Source: Trypanosoma brucei (lineage: Eukaryota). From it: a stretch of DNA of 64,000 nucleotides. A model generated the notes under the pieces. That model searched no databases and had not been told where the DNA came from. It worked only from the letters and a program-made list of their open reading frames with translations. Positions 46,301 to 51,770 of this stretch are shown here, piece by piece (the first letter of the stretch is position 1; each line of letters opens with the position of its first letter). The stretch is taken from the NCBI GenBank assembly GCA_000002445.1, contig AL929603.2, forward strand, positions 416,001 through 480,000, written 5' to 3'. A program made the translations under genes and the position numbers.

Positions 46301-46853
46301 TAATTTCTTAGTTGAAACTTTTTATTTAGAAAGTGATATGGTGGTTTCATCTCTGGGTTCTAAGAGTGAGTCTCCATGCCTCCATGTTGCTAGTGATTTG
46401 TTTGTTTTTTCTAATGGAGTGAAATCTTTTTTGCCCTCTGACTTTCCTGATTTTGACAATGGTGGTTTTTGCTTTTATTCTGAGTCTTTTGATGTTTCTT
46501 CTTGTAATGTATGTTTTGGCAATCCTTTGGATGATGCTGACTATTCTCGTGGGGGTTCAATGGGGATGCGCGGTGATGCTGTTGATGGTGAAGTGTGCGT
46601 TGATGAGGTATCTATGGATACCATGGTTTATTGTGATTCTGTATGCACCGTTAATGTTGAAGAGGAAGGAGGGGTTGGAGAGGATGCGGTCCCTTTTTGT
46701 CGGCAACCCGTTCCTGTAATGTTGCAAAAGTCGAAAAAGAGGGTCCATGGTGGTCAGTTGGGTAGGGATTCTGATGATGAAGATGCCGCTGAATCTTATC
46801 ATGGATGGTGGACCTTTCTTTCTGTTCCATTCTTCAAAACACACCGTAGGTAA
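25389..46853 (+). CDS. giant tandem-repeat protein of 7154 aa: unique N-terminal approx. 470 aa, about 158 copies of a 41-aa acidic repeat (IMDEAPCAPEDFLAEESQQHTARSEADIDEEQQPQEQQTET), unique C-terminal approx. 220 aa
   Basis: A single uninterrupted ORF in the same orientation as all neighbours. Unique flanks run in frame through the array. The repeat unit is exactly 123 bp (41 codons). The Lys-rich, A-rich N-terminal unique region makes the exact start uncertain. Confidence 0.8.
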   Translation: MSYYNNQQQSLPFQPLLSSRSFRTVRSHVTRTSNLHCSTARDDVDATCSDTTMSLHHSDTKSCTDLDCATMTSRRRQRLPCFVWSKKTIPQHPQDWSKSRPDSFRHDDTSLLKQEGDSLPSARRDVQLHCQGHPTRPLVSARSGGKTRTRTVYNNSTVTCTTCATGRKLSYPLSVEAHNDHALCTCVPWLRSLEALHHHDVTPEKGWECISIERDAFNRSTVSSISPPLSPYLPAKTQGKKGQMTNLLSPRRLYAAVNSAKTKSDRDVFAVSARPHKTSMGSSVNTARQYTKYVKTAREASRKPLTVRHINDTNPIYTFSNENKQRNKENALQDTKKPETKPEIEISTATTDGPTYNEKITKCRMESPALRKTKKEATTENQTQCTKQKAPATKNTSSIQKKYELSTTQKQQLEIKKKEKKKKKSSINTKNPITQQQNTKQRTSLTQNLQNNSTSEKEFNHIRINSTKTIMDEAPCAPEDFLAEESQQHTARSEADIDEEQQPQEQQTEAIMDEAPCAPEDFIAEESQQHTARSEADIDEEQQPQEQQTETIMDEAPCAPEDFLAEESQQHTARSEADIDEEQQPQEQQTETIMDEAPCAPEDFLAEESQQHTARSEADIDEEQQPQEQQTETIMDEAPCAPEDFLAEESQQHTARSEADIDEEQQPQEQQTETIMDEAPCAPEDFLAEESQQHTARSEADIDEEQQPQEQQTETIMDEAPCAPEDFLAEESQQHTARSEADIDEEQQPQEQQTEAIMDEAPCAPEDFLAEESQQHTARSEADIDEEQQPQEQQTEAIMDEASCAPEDFIAEESQQHTARSEADIDEEQQPQEQQTEAIMDEAPCAPEDFLAEESQQHTARSEADIDEEQQPQEQQTEAIMDEAPCAPEDFLAEESQQHTARSEADIDEEQQPQEQQTETIMDEAPCAPEDFLAEESQQHTARSEADIDEEQQPQEQQTETIMDEAPCAPEDFLAEESQQHTARSEADIDEEQQPQEQQTETIMDEAPCAPEDFLAEESQQHTARSEADIDEEQQPQEQQTETIMDEAPCAPEDFLAEESQQHTARSEADIDEEQQPQEQQTETIMDEAPCAPEDFLAEESQQHTARSEADIDEEQQPQEQQTETIMDEAPCAPEDFLAEESQQHTARSEADIDEEQQPQEQQTETIMDEAPCAPEDFLAEESQQHTARSEADIDEEQQPQEQQTETIMDEAPCAPEDFIAEESQQHTARSEADIDEEQQPQEQQTETIMDEAPCAPEDFLAEESQQHTARSEADIDEEQQPQEQQTETIMDEAPCAPEDFLAEESQQHTARSEADIDEEQQPQEQQTETIMDEAPCAPEDFLAEESQQHTARSEADIDEEQQPQEQQTETIMDEAPCAPEDFLAEESQQHTARSEADIDEEQQPQEQQTETIMDEAPCAPEDFLAEESQQHTARSEADIDEEQQPQEQQTETIMDEAPCAPEDFLAEESQQHTARSEADIDEEQQPQEQQTETIMDEAPCAPEDFLAEESQQHTARSEADIDEEQQPQEQQTETIMDEAPCAPEDFLAEESQQHTARSEADIDEEQQPQEQQTETIMDEAPCAPEDFLAEESQQHTARSEADIDEEQQPQEQQTETIMDEAPCAPEDFLAEESQQHTARSEADIDEEQQPQEQQTETIMDEAPCAPEDFLAEESQQHTARSEADIDEEQQPQEQQTEAIMDEAPCAPEDFIAEESQQHTARSEADIDEEQQPQEQQTETIMDEAPCAPEDFLAEESQQHTARSEADIDEEQQPQEQQTETIMDEAPCAPEDFLAEESQQHTARSEADIDEEQQPQEQQTETIMDEAPCAPEDFLAEESQQHTARSEADIDEEQQPQEQQTETIMDEAPCAPEDFLAEESQQHTARSEADIDEEQQPQEQQTETIMDEAPCAPEDFLAEESQQHTARSEADIDEEQQPQEQQTETIMDEAPCAPEDFLAEESQQHTARSEADIDEEQQPQEQQTETIMDEAPCAPEDFLAEESQQHTARSEADIDEEQQPQEQQTETIMDEAPCAPEDFLAEESQQHTARSEADIDEEQQPQEQQTETIMDEAPCAPEDFLAEESQQHTARSEADIDEEQQPQEQQTETIMDEAPCAPEDFLAEESQQHTARSEADIDEEQQPQEQQTEAIMDEAPCAPEDFLAEESQQHTARSEADIDEEQQPQEQQTEAIMDEAPCAPEDFLAEESQQHTARSEADIDEEQQPQEQQTETIMDEAPCAPEDFLAEESQQHTARSEADIDEEQQPQEQQTETIMDEAPCAPEDFLAEESQQHTARSEADIDEEQQPQEQQTEAIMDEAPCAPEDFLAEESQQHTARSEADIDEEQQPQEQQTETIMDEAPCAPEDFLAEESQQHTARSEADIDEEQQPQEQQTETIMDEAPCAPEDFLAEESQQHTARSEADIDEEQQPQEQQTETIMDEAPCAPEDFLAEESQQHTARSEADIDVEQQPQEQQTETIMDEAPCAPEDFLAEESQQHTARSEADIDEEQQPQEQQTETIMDEAPCAPEDFLAEESQQHTARSEADIDEEQQPQEQQTETIMDEAPCAPEDFLAEESQQHTARSEADIDEEQQPQEQQTETIMDEAPCAPEDFLAEESQQHTARSEADIDEEQQPQEQQTETIMDEAPCAPEDFLAEESQQHTARSEADIDEEQQPQEQQTETIMDEAPCAPEDFLAEESQQHTARSEADIDEEQQPQEQQTETIMDEAPCAPEDFLAEESQQHTARSEADIDEEQQPQEQQTETIMDEAPCAPEDFLAEESQQHTARSEADIDEEQQPQEQQTEAIMDEAPCAPEDFLAEESQQHTARSEAGIDEEQQPQEQQTETIMDEAPCAPEDFLAEESQQHTARSEADIDEEQQPQEQQTETIMDEAPCAPEDFLAEESQQHTARSEADIDEEQQPQEQQTETIMDEAPCAPEDFLAEESQQHTARSEADIDEEQQPQEQQTEAIMDEAPCAPEDFLAEESQQHTARSEADIDEEQQPQEQQTEAIMDEAPCAPEDFLAEESQQHTARSEADIDEEQQPQEQQTEAIMDEAPCAPEDFLAEESQQHTARSEADIDEEQQPQEQQTETIMDEAPCAPEDFLAEESQQHTARSEADIDEEQQPQEQQTETIMDEAPCAPEDFLAEESQQHTARSEADIDEEQQPQEQQTETIMDEAPCAPEDFLAEESQQHTARSEADIDEEQQPQEQQTETIMDEAPCAPEDFIAEESQQHTARSEADIDEEQQPQEQQTEAIMDEAPCAPEDFIAEESQQHTARSEADIDEEQQPQEQQTETIMDEAPCAPEDFIAEESQQHTARSEADIDEEQQPQEQQTETIMDEAPCAPEDFLAEESQQHTARSEADIDEEQQPQEQQTETIMDEAPCAPEDFLAEESQQHTARSEADIDEEQQPQEQQTETIMDEAPCAPEDFLAEESQQHTARSEADIDEEQQPQEQQTETIMDEAPCAPEDFLAEESQQHTARSEADIDEEQQPQEQQTETIMDEAPCAPEDFLAEESQQHTARSEADIDVEQQPQEQQTETIMDEAPCAPEDFLAEESQQHTARSEADIDEEQQPQEQQTETIMDEAPCAPEDFLAEESQQHTARSEADIDEEQQPQEQQTETIMDEAPCAPEDFLAEESQQHTARSEADIDEEQQPQEQQTETIMDEAPCAPEDFLAEESQQHTARSEADIDEEQQPQEQQTETIMDEAPCAPEDFLAEESQQHTARSEADIDEEQQPQEQQTETIMDEAPCAPEDFIAEESQQHTARSEADIDEEQQPQEQQTETIMDEAPCAPEDFIAEESQQHTARSEADIDEEQQPQEQQTETIMDEAPCAPEDFLAEESQQHTARSEADIDEEQQPQEQQTETIMDEAPCAPEDFLAEESQQHTARSEADIDEEQQPQEQQTETIMDEAPCAPEDFLAEESQQHTARSEADIDEEQQPQEQQTETIMDEAPCAPEDFLAEESQQHTARSEADIDEEQQPQEQQTETIMDEAPCAPEDFLAEESQQHTARSEADIDEEQQPQEQQTETIMDEAPCAPEDFLAEESQQHTARSEADIDEEQQPQEQQTEAIMDEAPCAPEDFLAEESQQHTARSEADIDEEQQPQEQQTEAIMDEAPCAPEDFLAEESQQHTARSEADIDEEQQPQEQQTEAIMDEAPCAPEDFLAEESQQHTARSEADIDEEQQPQEQQTETIMDEAPCAPEDFLAEESQQHTARSEADIDEEQQPQEQQTETIMDEAPCAPEDFLAEESQQHTARSEADIDEEQQPQEQQTETIMDEAPCAPEDFLAEESQQHTARSEADIDEEQQPQEQQTETIMDEAPCAPEDFLAEESQQHTARSEADIDEEQQPQEQQTETIMDEAPCAPEDFLAEESQQHTARSEADIDEEQQPQEQQTETIMDEAPCAPEDFLAEESQQHTARSEADIDEEQQPQEQQTETIMDEAPCAPEDFLAEESQQHTARSEADIDEEQQPQEQQTETIMDEAPCAPEDFLAEESQQHTARSEADIDEEQQPQEQQTETIMDEAPCAPEDFLAEESQQHTARSEADIDEEQQPQEQQTEPIMDEAPCAPEDFLAEESQQHTARSEADIDEEQQPQEQQTEAIMDEAPCAPEDFLAEESQQHTARSEADIDEEQQPQEQQTEAIMDEAPCAPEDFLAEESQQHTARSEADIDEEQQPQEQQTEAIMDEAPCAPEDFLAEESQQHTARSEADIDEEQQPQEQQTETIMDEAPCAPEDFLAEESQQHTARSEADIDEEQQPQEQQTETIMDEAPCAPEDFLAEESQQHTARSEADIDEEQQPQEQQTETIMDEAPCAPEDFLAEESQQHTARSEADIDEEQQPQEQQTEAIMDEAPCAPEDFIAEESQQHTARSEADIDEEQQPQEQQTETIMDEAPCAPEDFLAEESQQHTARSEADIDEEQQPQEQQTETIMDEAPCAPEDFLAEESQQHTARSEADIDVEQQPQEQQTETIMDEAPCAPEDFLAEESQQHTARSEADIDEEQQPQEQQTETIMDEAPCAPEDFLAEESQQHTARSEADIDEEQQPQEQQTETIMDEAPCAPEDFLAEESQQHTARSEADIDEEQQPQEQQTETIMDEAPCAPEDFLAEESQQHTARSEADIDEEQQPQEQQTETIMDEAPCAPEDFLAEESQQHTARSEADIDEEQQPQEQQTETIMDEAPCAPEDFLAEESQQHTARSEADIDEEQQPQEQQTETIMDEAPCAPEDFLAEESQQHTARSEADIDEEQQPQEQQTETIMDEAPCAPEDFLAEESQQHTARSEADIDEEQQPQEQQTEAIMDEAPCAPEDFLAEESQQHTARSEADIDEEQQPQEQQTEAIMDEAPCAPEDFLAEESQQHTARSEADIDEEQQPQEQQTEAIMDEAPCAPEDFIAEESQQHTARSEADIDEEQQPQEQQTETIMDEAPCAPEDFIAEESQQHTARSEADIDEEQQPQEQQTETIMDEAPCAPEDFLAEESQQHTARSEADIDEEQQPQEQQTETIMDEAPCAPEDFLAEESQQHTARSEADIDEEQQPQEQQTETIMDEAPCAPEDFLAEESQQHTARSEADIDEEQQPQEQQTETIMDEAPCAPEDFLAEESQQHTARSEADIDEEQQPQEQQTETIMDEAPCAPEDFLAEESQQHTARSEADIDEEQQPQEQQTETIMDEAPCAPEDFLAEESQQHTARSEADIDEEQQPQEQQTETIMDEAPCAPEDFLAEESQQHTARSEADIDEEQQPQEQQTETIMDEAPCAPEDFLAEESQQHTARSEADIDEEQQPQEQQTETIMDEAPCAPEDFLAEESQQHTARSEADIDEEQQPQEQQTETIMDEAPCAPEDFLAEESQQHTARSEADIDEEQQPQEQQTETIMDEAPCAPEDFLAEESQQHTARSEADIDEEQQPQEQQTETIMDEAPCAPEDFIAEESQQHTARSEADIDEEQQPQEQQTETIMDEAPCAPEDFIAEESQQHTARSEADIDEEQQPQEQQTETIMDEAPCAPEDFIAEESQQHTARSEADIDEEQQPQEQQTETIMDEAPCAPEDFIAEESQQHTARSEADIDEEQQPQEQQTETIMDEAPCAPEDFIAEESQQHTARSEADIDEEQQPQEQQTEAIMDEAPCAPEDFIAEESQQHTARSEADIDEEQQPQEQQTEAIMDEAPCAPEDFLAEESQQHTARSEADIDEEQQPQEQQTETIMDEAPCAPEDFLAEESQQHTARSEADIDEEQQPQEQQTETIMDEAPCAPEDFIAEESQQHTARSEADIDEEQQPQEQQTETIMDEAPCAPEDFLAEESQQHTARSEADIDEEQQPQEQQTETIMDEAPCAPEDFLAEESQQHTARSEADIDEEQQPQEQQTETIMDEAPCAPEDFLAEESQQHTARSEADIDEEQQPQEQQTETIMDEAPCAPEDFLAEESQQHTARSEADIDEEQQPQEQQTEAIMDEAPCAPEDFLAEESQQHTARSEADIDEEQQPQEQQTEAIMDEAPCAPEDFLAEESQQHTARSEADIDEEQQPQEQQTETIMDEAPCAPEDFLAEESQQHTARSEADIDEEQQPQEQQTEAIMDEAPCAPEDFLAEESQQHTARSEADIDEEQQPQEQQTETIMDEAPCAPEDFLAEESQQHTARSEADIDEEQQPQEQQTETIMDEAPCAPEDFIAEESQQHTARSEADIDEEQQPQEQQTETIMDEAPCAPEDFIAEESQQHTARSEADIDEEQQPQEQQTETIMDEAPCAPEDFLAEESQQHTARSEADIDEEQQPQEQQTETIMDEAPCAPEDFLAEESQQHTARSEADIDEEQQPQEQQTETIMDEAPCAPEDFLAEESQQHTARSEADIDEEQQPQEQQTETIMDEAPCAPEDFLAEESQQHTARSEADIDEEQQPQEQQTETIMDEAPCAPEDFLAEESQQHTARSEADIDDELGKIVNLFIVEEKCRRSIIEDTEFCMRNIFSDVFNFLVETFYLESDMVVSSLGSKSESPCLHVASDLFVFSNGVKSFLPSDFPDFDNGGFCFYSESFDVSSCNVCFGNPLDDADYSRGGSMGMRGDAVDGEVCVDEVSMDTMVYCDSVCTVNVEEEGGVGEDAVPFCRQPVPVMLQKSKKRVHGGQLGRDSDDEDAAESYHGWWTFLSVPFFKTHRR
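26795..46195 (+). repeat. head-to-tail tandem array of about 158 units of 123 bp, over 98% identical to each other
   Basis: The atcatggacgaggcaccatgcgc unit starts recur every 123 bp from about 26795 to about 46195. Only a handful of point variants exist: cta/ata, acc/gcc, agg/aga, ccc/ctc, gaa/gta x3, gac/ggc x1, acc/ccc x1. Confidence 0.95.
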
Positions 46854-46985
46854 TTTGTAGTGCATACATGGGGAAATTCCCGGTGCAACGTTCTGTGTTT
46901 GAAGTCTTTTTGTTTCTTTTGATTTTGCAACAGAACGGCGGCGTTCTTTAGGAATTTTACTAACTTCTATGTTCATTATTTTTCG

Positions 46986-46988
<3 letters not shown>

Positions 46989-47026
<38 letters not shown>
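46989..47026. repeat. (TA)19 microsatellite immediately 3' of the giant repeat gene
   Basis: atatat... run. Confidence 0.9.
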
Positions 47027-47028
<2 letters not shown>

Positions 47029-47360
47029 TTTTTCCTTAAAAATTTGCTTTACTTTTGATTGTACGTGTATGTGTATCTGTACCTCTCGTTCTACTTTTGT
47101 TTTTGTGTGATGACGTTCGGTTCGATGTTACTACATGGAATACACCAATAACGACGTCAATTACTGTCGACCTTTTTTGTTTTGTGTTTTCCCATTTACC
47201 TGCGAGGTGTATCCACGTACAGCTGTGTACACATGCACCTTGTATTCTTCAATTGCCTTTATAGTTGGTCATCATTCTCTTTTTTGTATTAGCTATCAAA
47301 TTTTCTGTGTCTTGGATGAGGCGATATCATTAGGCGGCACCGACGCTGCGTAAAGACTTT

Positions 47361-47427
47361 GCGCCTCCTCACTGTTTATTTGTTTCATTTTCTTTTCCTT
47401 TTTTTTTTTGGTTATGTCCCCTCTAAC
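47361..47427 (+). promoter_or_regulatory. polypyrimidine tract plus AG (47428-47429) upstream of the 470-aa gene
   Basis: gcgcctcctcactgtttatttgtttcattttcttttcctttttttttttggttatgtcccctctaacAG. Confidence 0.45.
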
Positions 47428-47473
47428 AGGACTAACTTGTTAGCCTTCGTTTGAACGCAGAAGTAGAGGTTGA

Positions 47474-48886
47474 ATGGAGCTCAATCTTACACAACTTCCA
47501 CTTGTTCATATCACATTTTGCGGCCGCCCAGCGGTTTCCATTGGGGTCGTCAATTTGGTTGGTCTATTTGGCAGCACGGACTATGTGCTCCTTCAGCGGA
47601 TCGGTAGTCAGGGTCAAACCGCGCTTCGCAAAGGGGATGGAGGAGGCAGGCATTCAAAAGATTCAAGGGATAGTAGCTTGGACTCATTGGAAATTGAGAA
47701 TCGTGTGCGGAGTTCAAATATGAAGCTTTGCCGAAATACAGGCCTTCCAGTAGGATGCTACAACGTCGTAGAGGGCGGAATTTATGACGTGGTACGCTAT
47801 AGCGACCTTCGTAAGGGGAAGGTTAAGGGTATGGATTTCGCCACGCTCAATAGACATAGTGATGGCCGACCCAAAACGCGCCGGGGGTGCAGAAGTCGAA
47901 GGAAACGACGCAGGGATGGCACTGTTGAAAACGCTGCACAGAGTACACCAAGCGATACAGTCTCTTCATCATTTAAACAACCTAGCACTCCCGTACCTAC
48001 GGACCCCAGCGGTACCTCCGGGGGAACAAACGGAGTTTCTCAGCGTGCGAAGGTGGTGCGTGCCGCGCAGCCGTCGGAGAGGAAAGCACACCAGAAGGCA
48101 ACAAAGGTGTCACAAACGTCTAAACAAACTGGGGGTAAAGAAGCGCCAGCTGTCGATGAAAAGAACTCCAACGGCACCAAGGTGGAAAGAACACGGACCA
48201 CTAAACCAAGGGCGCCGGGAATACCCAAAGAGAGACCGCCACGTGTCGGTAAAGAAAAGGTTCAGCAACTGAAGCCTGTAGCGGAAGCCGCCCCGCAGCA
48301 CGCACCGAGCAGATCACCGTCTCCTAGGCAGGCGAATAGTAACTTTGCCGCGGTGGTTTTAACGGCGTCGGATCTGCGGTCGTGTGACCTTGGCAGCAGT
48401 TTGTCAAATGTTTCGGTGTGCACGGACAAGGCAGAAACGCAGATGACACCAACGACGGGTCCGGTAACAACTTCAATGCAACTAAATAAGTCCAAACACG
48501 TCCCCAGCAGCACGGGTCGTACAGCTGCCCAGGACAACGGAGCAAAGAAAACACCCCAAGTGGCAACTCCTGTGGGCGAAAGTGCCAATGCGAAGAAGCA
48601 ACAGGATGTGGTGGATGTGGACAATGCGCTGTTGGTTGGACATGGTTCCTCAAGTAACGGTAAGAAAGAAGGTGGGAGTACAGGTTTAGCAAACGTTAGA
48701 ACGGATCATTCCCGAGATGTGGTGGACCGTCGGGCGGCTGCAGCGCCTTCGAATTCCATCGTTGAGTGCCCTTGTGCTCCCGATGCCGCAAGTCCGGAGC
48801 TGGGTTTCGTTACGGTCGAGAGTGCCTTATCCCGTGACTTTAGTTTAGGATCATCTCTTGCCTCATCTGCAGACTCGGTGTATTAA
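47474..48886 (+). CDS. hypothetical basic Ser/Thr/Lys-rich protein (470 aa), probably intrinsically disordered
   Basis: An ATG ORF downstream of the polypyrimidine tract 47361-47427 and AG 47428. It has low-complexity, basic composition (RRGCRSRRKRRRDG, many S/T/P/K). No domain was recognised, and the true start could be an internal Met. Confidence 0.5.
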   Translation: MELNLTQLPLVHITFCGRPAVSIGVVNLVGLFGSTDYVLLQRIGSQGQTALRKGDGGGRHSKDSRDSSLDSLEIENRVRSSNMKLCRNTGLPVGCYNVVEGGIYDVVRYSDLRKGKVKGMDFATLNRHSDGRPKTRRGCRSRRKRRRDGTVENAAQSTPSDTVSSSFKQPSTPVPTDPSGTSGGTNGVSQRAKVVRAAQPSERKAHQKATKVSQTSKQTGGKEAPAVDEKNSNGTKVERTRTTKPRAPGIPKERPPRVGKEKVQQLKPVAEAAPQHAPSRSPSPRQANSNFAAVVLTASDLRSCDLGSSLSNVSVCTDKAETQMTPTTGPVTTSMQLNKSKHVPSSTGRTAAQDNGAKKTPQVATPVGESANAKKQQDVVDVDNALLVGHGSSSNGKKEGGSTGLANVRTDHSRDVVDRRAAAAPSNSIVECPCAPDAASPELGFVTVESALSRDFSLGSSLASSADSVY

Positions 48887-50322
48887 AAAAAAGAAAAATA
48901 TACATATATAGAAAAATCTCTTGGTACTTGTCTGAATGTGGGAGTGGTTAAATTGTGAAAAATAAAGCGAATAAAAAGGAAGGAGCGTTCGATGGAACGA
49001 GCATGAGGCTTGAGAAACAAAAATTTCTTTGAGCACACGATTATTATATATTATTGTTCAGAATAATTTTATTTAGTGAGGGAAAGAATGAAATAGGGAG
49101 GAGAAACGACTCCAGTAGCCGTGTGAGAATTTGCTTCACTATTGCAAAGGTGAAAGCATTGACCGAAACAAATGTTTGGAATTGGAAGAAGAGAGCGTGA
49201 GATGCGATAACAAAGATCTAAAAACTGTTGACGCTGATGTTGGTGGTGGTGGTGGTGATGATGATAAGGTACCGAGGGAGCAAACAGGCAAACACACTCA
49301 GTAAAATGAAGGGAAGGAATTTAAAAAAAAAAAAAGCGAGCCGTTGACACAAAAATTTAAATGGTGTGGTTACACTGGACAACTGAACAAATCATGGAGA
49401 GGAAAGGGCATGCGAGAGTGAAGTTTGTGTGCTTCCCTAACTTCATTCTTCTTATATTGTTCCCTTTTTTGCTTCTCGTTTTCACATTGTTGGGAGACCT
49501 TTTTTTTTTGTTTTATTGCTATGTACAGTCTCTCACTCCTTCTCCCCTTATATTCAACTTTTTTTCTCGTTTTTTTTTCTTTTTGCTGTTTGATAAGCTG
49601 TTTCATTCTCCTCAACGGGATATTTTTTTGTACCCGCTTACTGTTTTTTTTTCTCTTTTCTTTTCCTTTGTTGAAGTTGCTGTTTGTTTGCCCCACATAT
49701 GTTTTTTTTTTTTTACCCTGGTGGACTGCGAAGAGCAGATGCGGCAATTTATCTTTTATTTACCCCACTTCAGCAGCATCACTTTTCTTTCCCTGAAGTA
49801 ATGGTTACAATCTGTTTTGTTTTTTTTTTAACAATATCATTATTGTTATCGGTGGTGTTTTCTCTATTACTCATAAATCTCAAAGCATTTGCCTGCGTGT
49901 TGTCCGCGGCTCCCGCTTTTCTTCGTCAGCCCCCTCATCATTGATATATTTTCGGTTTGTTGTGGTTGTTTTCTCTTTCTTTCTTTTTTTTTTTTGATGT
50001 TGATGTTGATGTTGATGGCGGAGTTGGTTTTCTTTGGGAGCCGCTTTTCAATTCATATTTGTCCTTATGGTTACTTTGCCGCTTCACTGGGACCGGCAAA
50101 GAGGTGACAAACGAATGTAATGACAGATCCTTCATTTCATTTCGTTTTGTTTATTTTATTTTCGGTAGAGGTGGAAATCATTTCTCTTTTCGTGTCTGCT
50201 TATGTGCGCCGTTGTTGGTGTTAGTGTTTTTGTTCATTTTTTCCCCCTTTGGCGGTGTGTTGAGTGCAAACATACAAATGCAATGGGCCATGCATTCACT
50301 TCAATCTTCATGCTTCAGTAGC

Positions 50323-50323
<1 letters not shown>

Positions 50324-50362
<39 letters not shown>

Positions 50363-50378
50363 ATATATATATATATGT
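50324..50378. repeat. (TA)n / (TATG) interrupted microsatellite
   Basis: tatataatatatatatatatatatatatatatgtatgtatatatatatatatat. Confidence 0.85.
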
Positions 50379-50840
50379 TTTTTTTTTGTATGTGTGTCTG
50401 TGCTCTAGCCCCTTCACTCTCAAACTTATGTAGGCATTCAATTGCCGCACTGTGGTGGAAACAAAATTTACCATTCGCGTTTTCTTTCTTCTTCTGTTGT
50501 TAGTATTTGTTGCCTTTTTTTTTCTCTTTTACTAAGGTAGAATTTTTTTTTCATAAAATAATAAAAGGAACTACTAATAACGGGGTTCCAATCCTTTTCG
50601 GCCAGCTTTAACGACACTTCTGCATAAGGGGAGGAGGGGGGAAGTTATTTTTTAAAAAAAAAGTAAAGAAGTTGTGGAATTCAAGTGCGCTGGTATCAAA
50701 TACATAAGTCACGTGATTGCGTCCAAAGAAAACCAGTGAAGCTGGATTTATTAACGTCAGACACTTCCAAACAAAAAAAACAAATAAGATTTAGTATAAG
50801 GTTACACATATTTTGTTGTTGATTTACATATATAGTTGAC

Positions 50841-50895
50841 TTGTTTGCTTTATTTTGTTCTATTTTATTCTATTTTTTTTTTTTCGTACGTTGTT
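50841..50895 (+). promoter_or_regulatory. T-rich polypyrimidine tract plus AG immediately upstream of the glutaredoxin ATG
   Basis: ttgtttgctttattttgttctattttattctattttttttttttcgtacgttgttgtgAG, then the ATG at 50913. Confidence 0.45.
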
Positions 50896-50912
50896 GTGAG
50901 GGACCTACCAGG

Positions 50913-51236
50913 ATGAATAACGCATTGGATCCGGCAAAGGCACCACAATTTCTTGATATGATGTTGCGCCGCAATAAAATGGTAATGGTGTCCGCCACGT
51001 ATTGTCAGTTCTGCACAAAACTGAAGATGTTACTGATTGAACTCAAACACCGTTTCGTTTCACTTGAAATTGATATTATTCCCAACGGTCGTGAAGTGTT
51101 TGCAGAAGTGGTGGGACGCACGGGTGTACATACGGTGCCTCAAGTTTTTCTTAATGGGAAGTATTTTGGCGGTTATGATGAACTTGTTGCAATGTACCGG
51201 GCAGGGCACCTTTCAGCCGAAATTGAAAGGGGCTGA
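50913..51236 (+). CDS. 2-C-Grx2: dithiol glutaredoxin with a CQFC active site (2-C-Grx2 type), 107 aa
   Basis: The CQFC active site (YCQFCTK) is followed by TVPQVFLNGKYFGGYDEL, the glutaredoxin GSH-binding and cis-Pro region. The ORF track begins at a TTG (50841). The first ATG (MNNALDP) is at 50913, directly after T-tract 50841-50895 and the AG. Confidence 0.8.
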   Translation: MNNALDPAKAPQFLDMMLRRNKMVMVSATYCQFCTKLKMLLIELKHRFVSLEIDIIPNGREVFAEVVGRTGVHTVPQVFLNGKYFGGYDELVAMYRAGHLSAEIERG

Positions 51237-51711
51237 AGAGGTAATTATTGTTTATGTATTGTGAGCATAGGCGTAACGAAATATATATTTATGTGTATGT
51301 TCACTTCGATGGAGCGTACAGCTGTAATGTTTAATTGTCTCATTTTGAGACGGGCAGTGGTCATTTGGCTTTTTGCTGTTGTTGTTATTGTTGTTGTTTT
51401 TTTTTCTTATGTTTTTTTTTGTTTCTTCTGTCACCACTTTCTTTCTTTCTTTCTTTCTTTCATCGTTCCATAGAAATTTGAACGATGATGTGGAAAGGGA
51501 GGATTGTGTGGAGAAAATGAGGCACACGAACATGGAAGTTTGTTAATAGGTATTCATACTCACACATGTATTTGTATGGCGTGCACATCTCGCTGATTCT
51601 CTGTTTTGGTTTTATTTGTTGTTGTATGCTGCTCGGCAGGGGAAGGGAGAAAAAAGAAAAACAAAGAGCAGAAACATTTTGGTTGTCCTGTTGGTCGCAT
51701 TATTCGATGCA

Positions 51712-51735
51712 TGTGTGTGTGTGTGTGTGTGTGTG
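51712..51735. repeat. (GT)12 microsatellite
   Basis: tgtgtgtgtgtgtgtgtgtgtgtg, downstream of the glutaredoxin CDS. Confidence 0.9.
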
Positions 51736-51768
51736 GTCTTCCGTCTCCCCTCACTTCCTCACGCATGC

Positions 51769-51770
<2 letters not shown>

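Noticed and set aside
49361-50433. Overlapping Phe/Leu/Ser/Cys-rich ORFs on both strands (about 120-160 aa)
   Set aside because: These are translations of polypyrimidine or polypurine tracts in the intergenic spacer, with low complexity and mutually overlapping frames.
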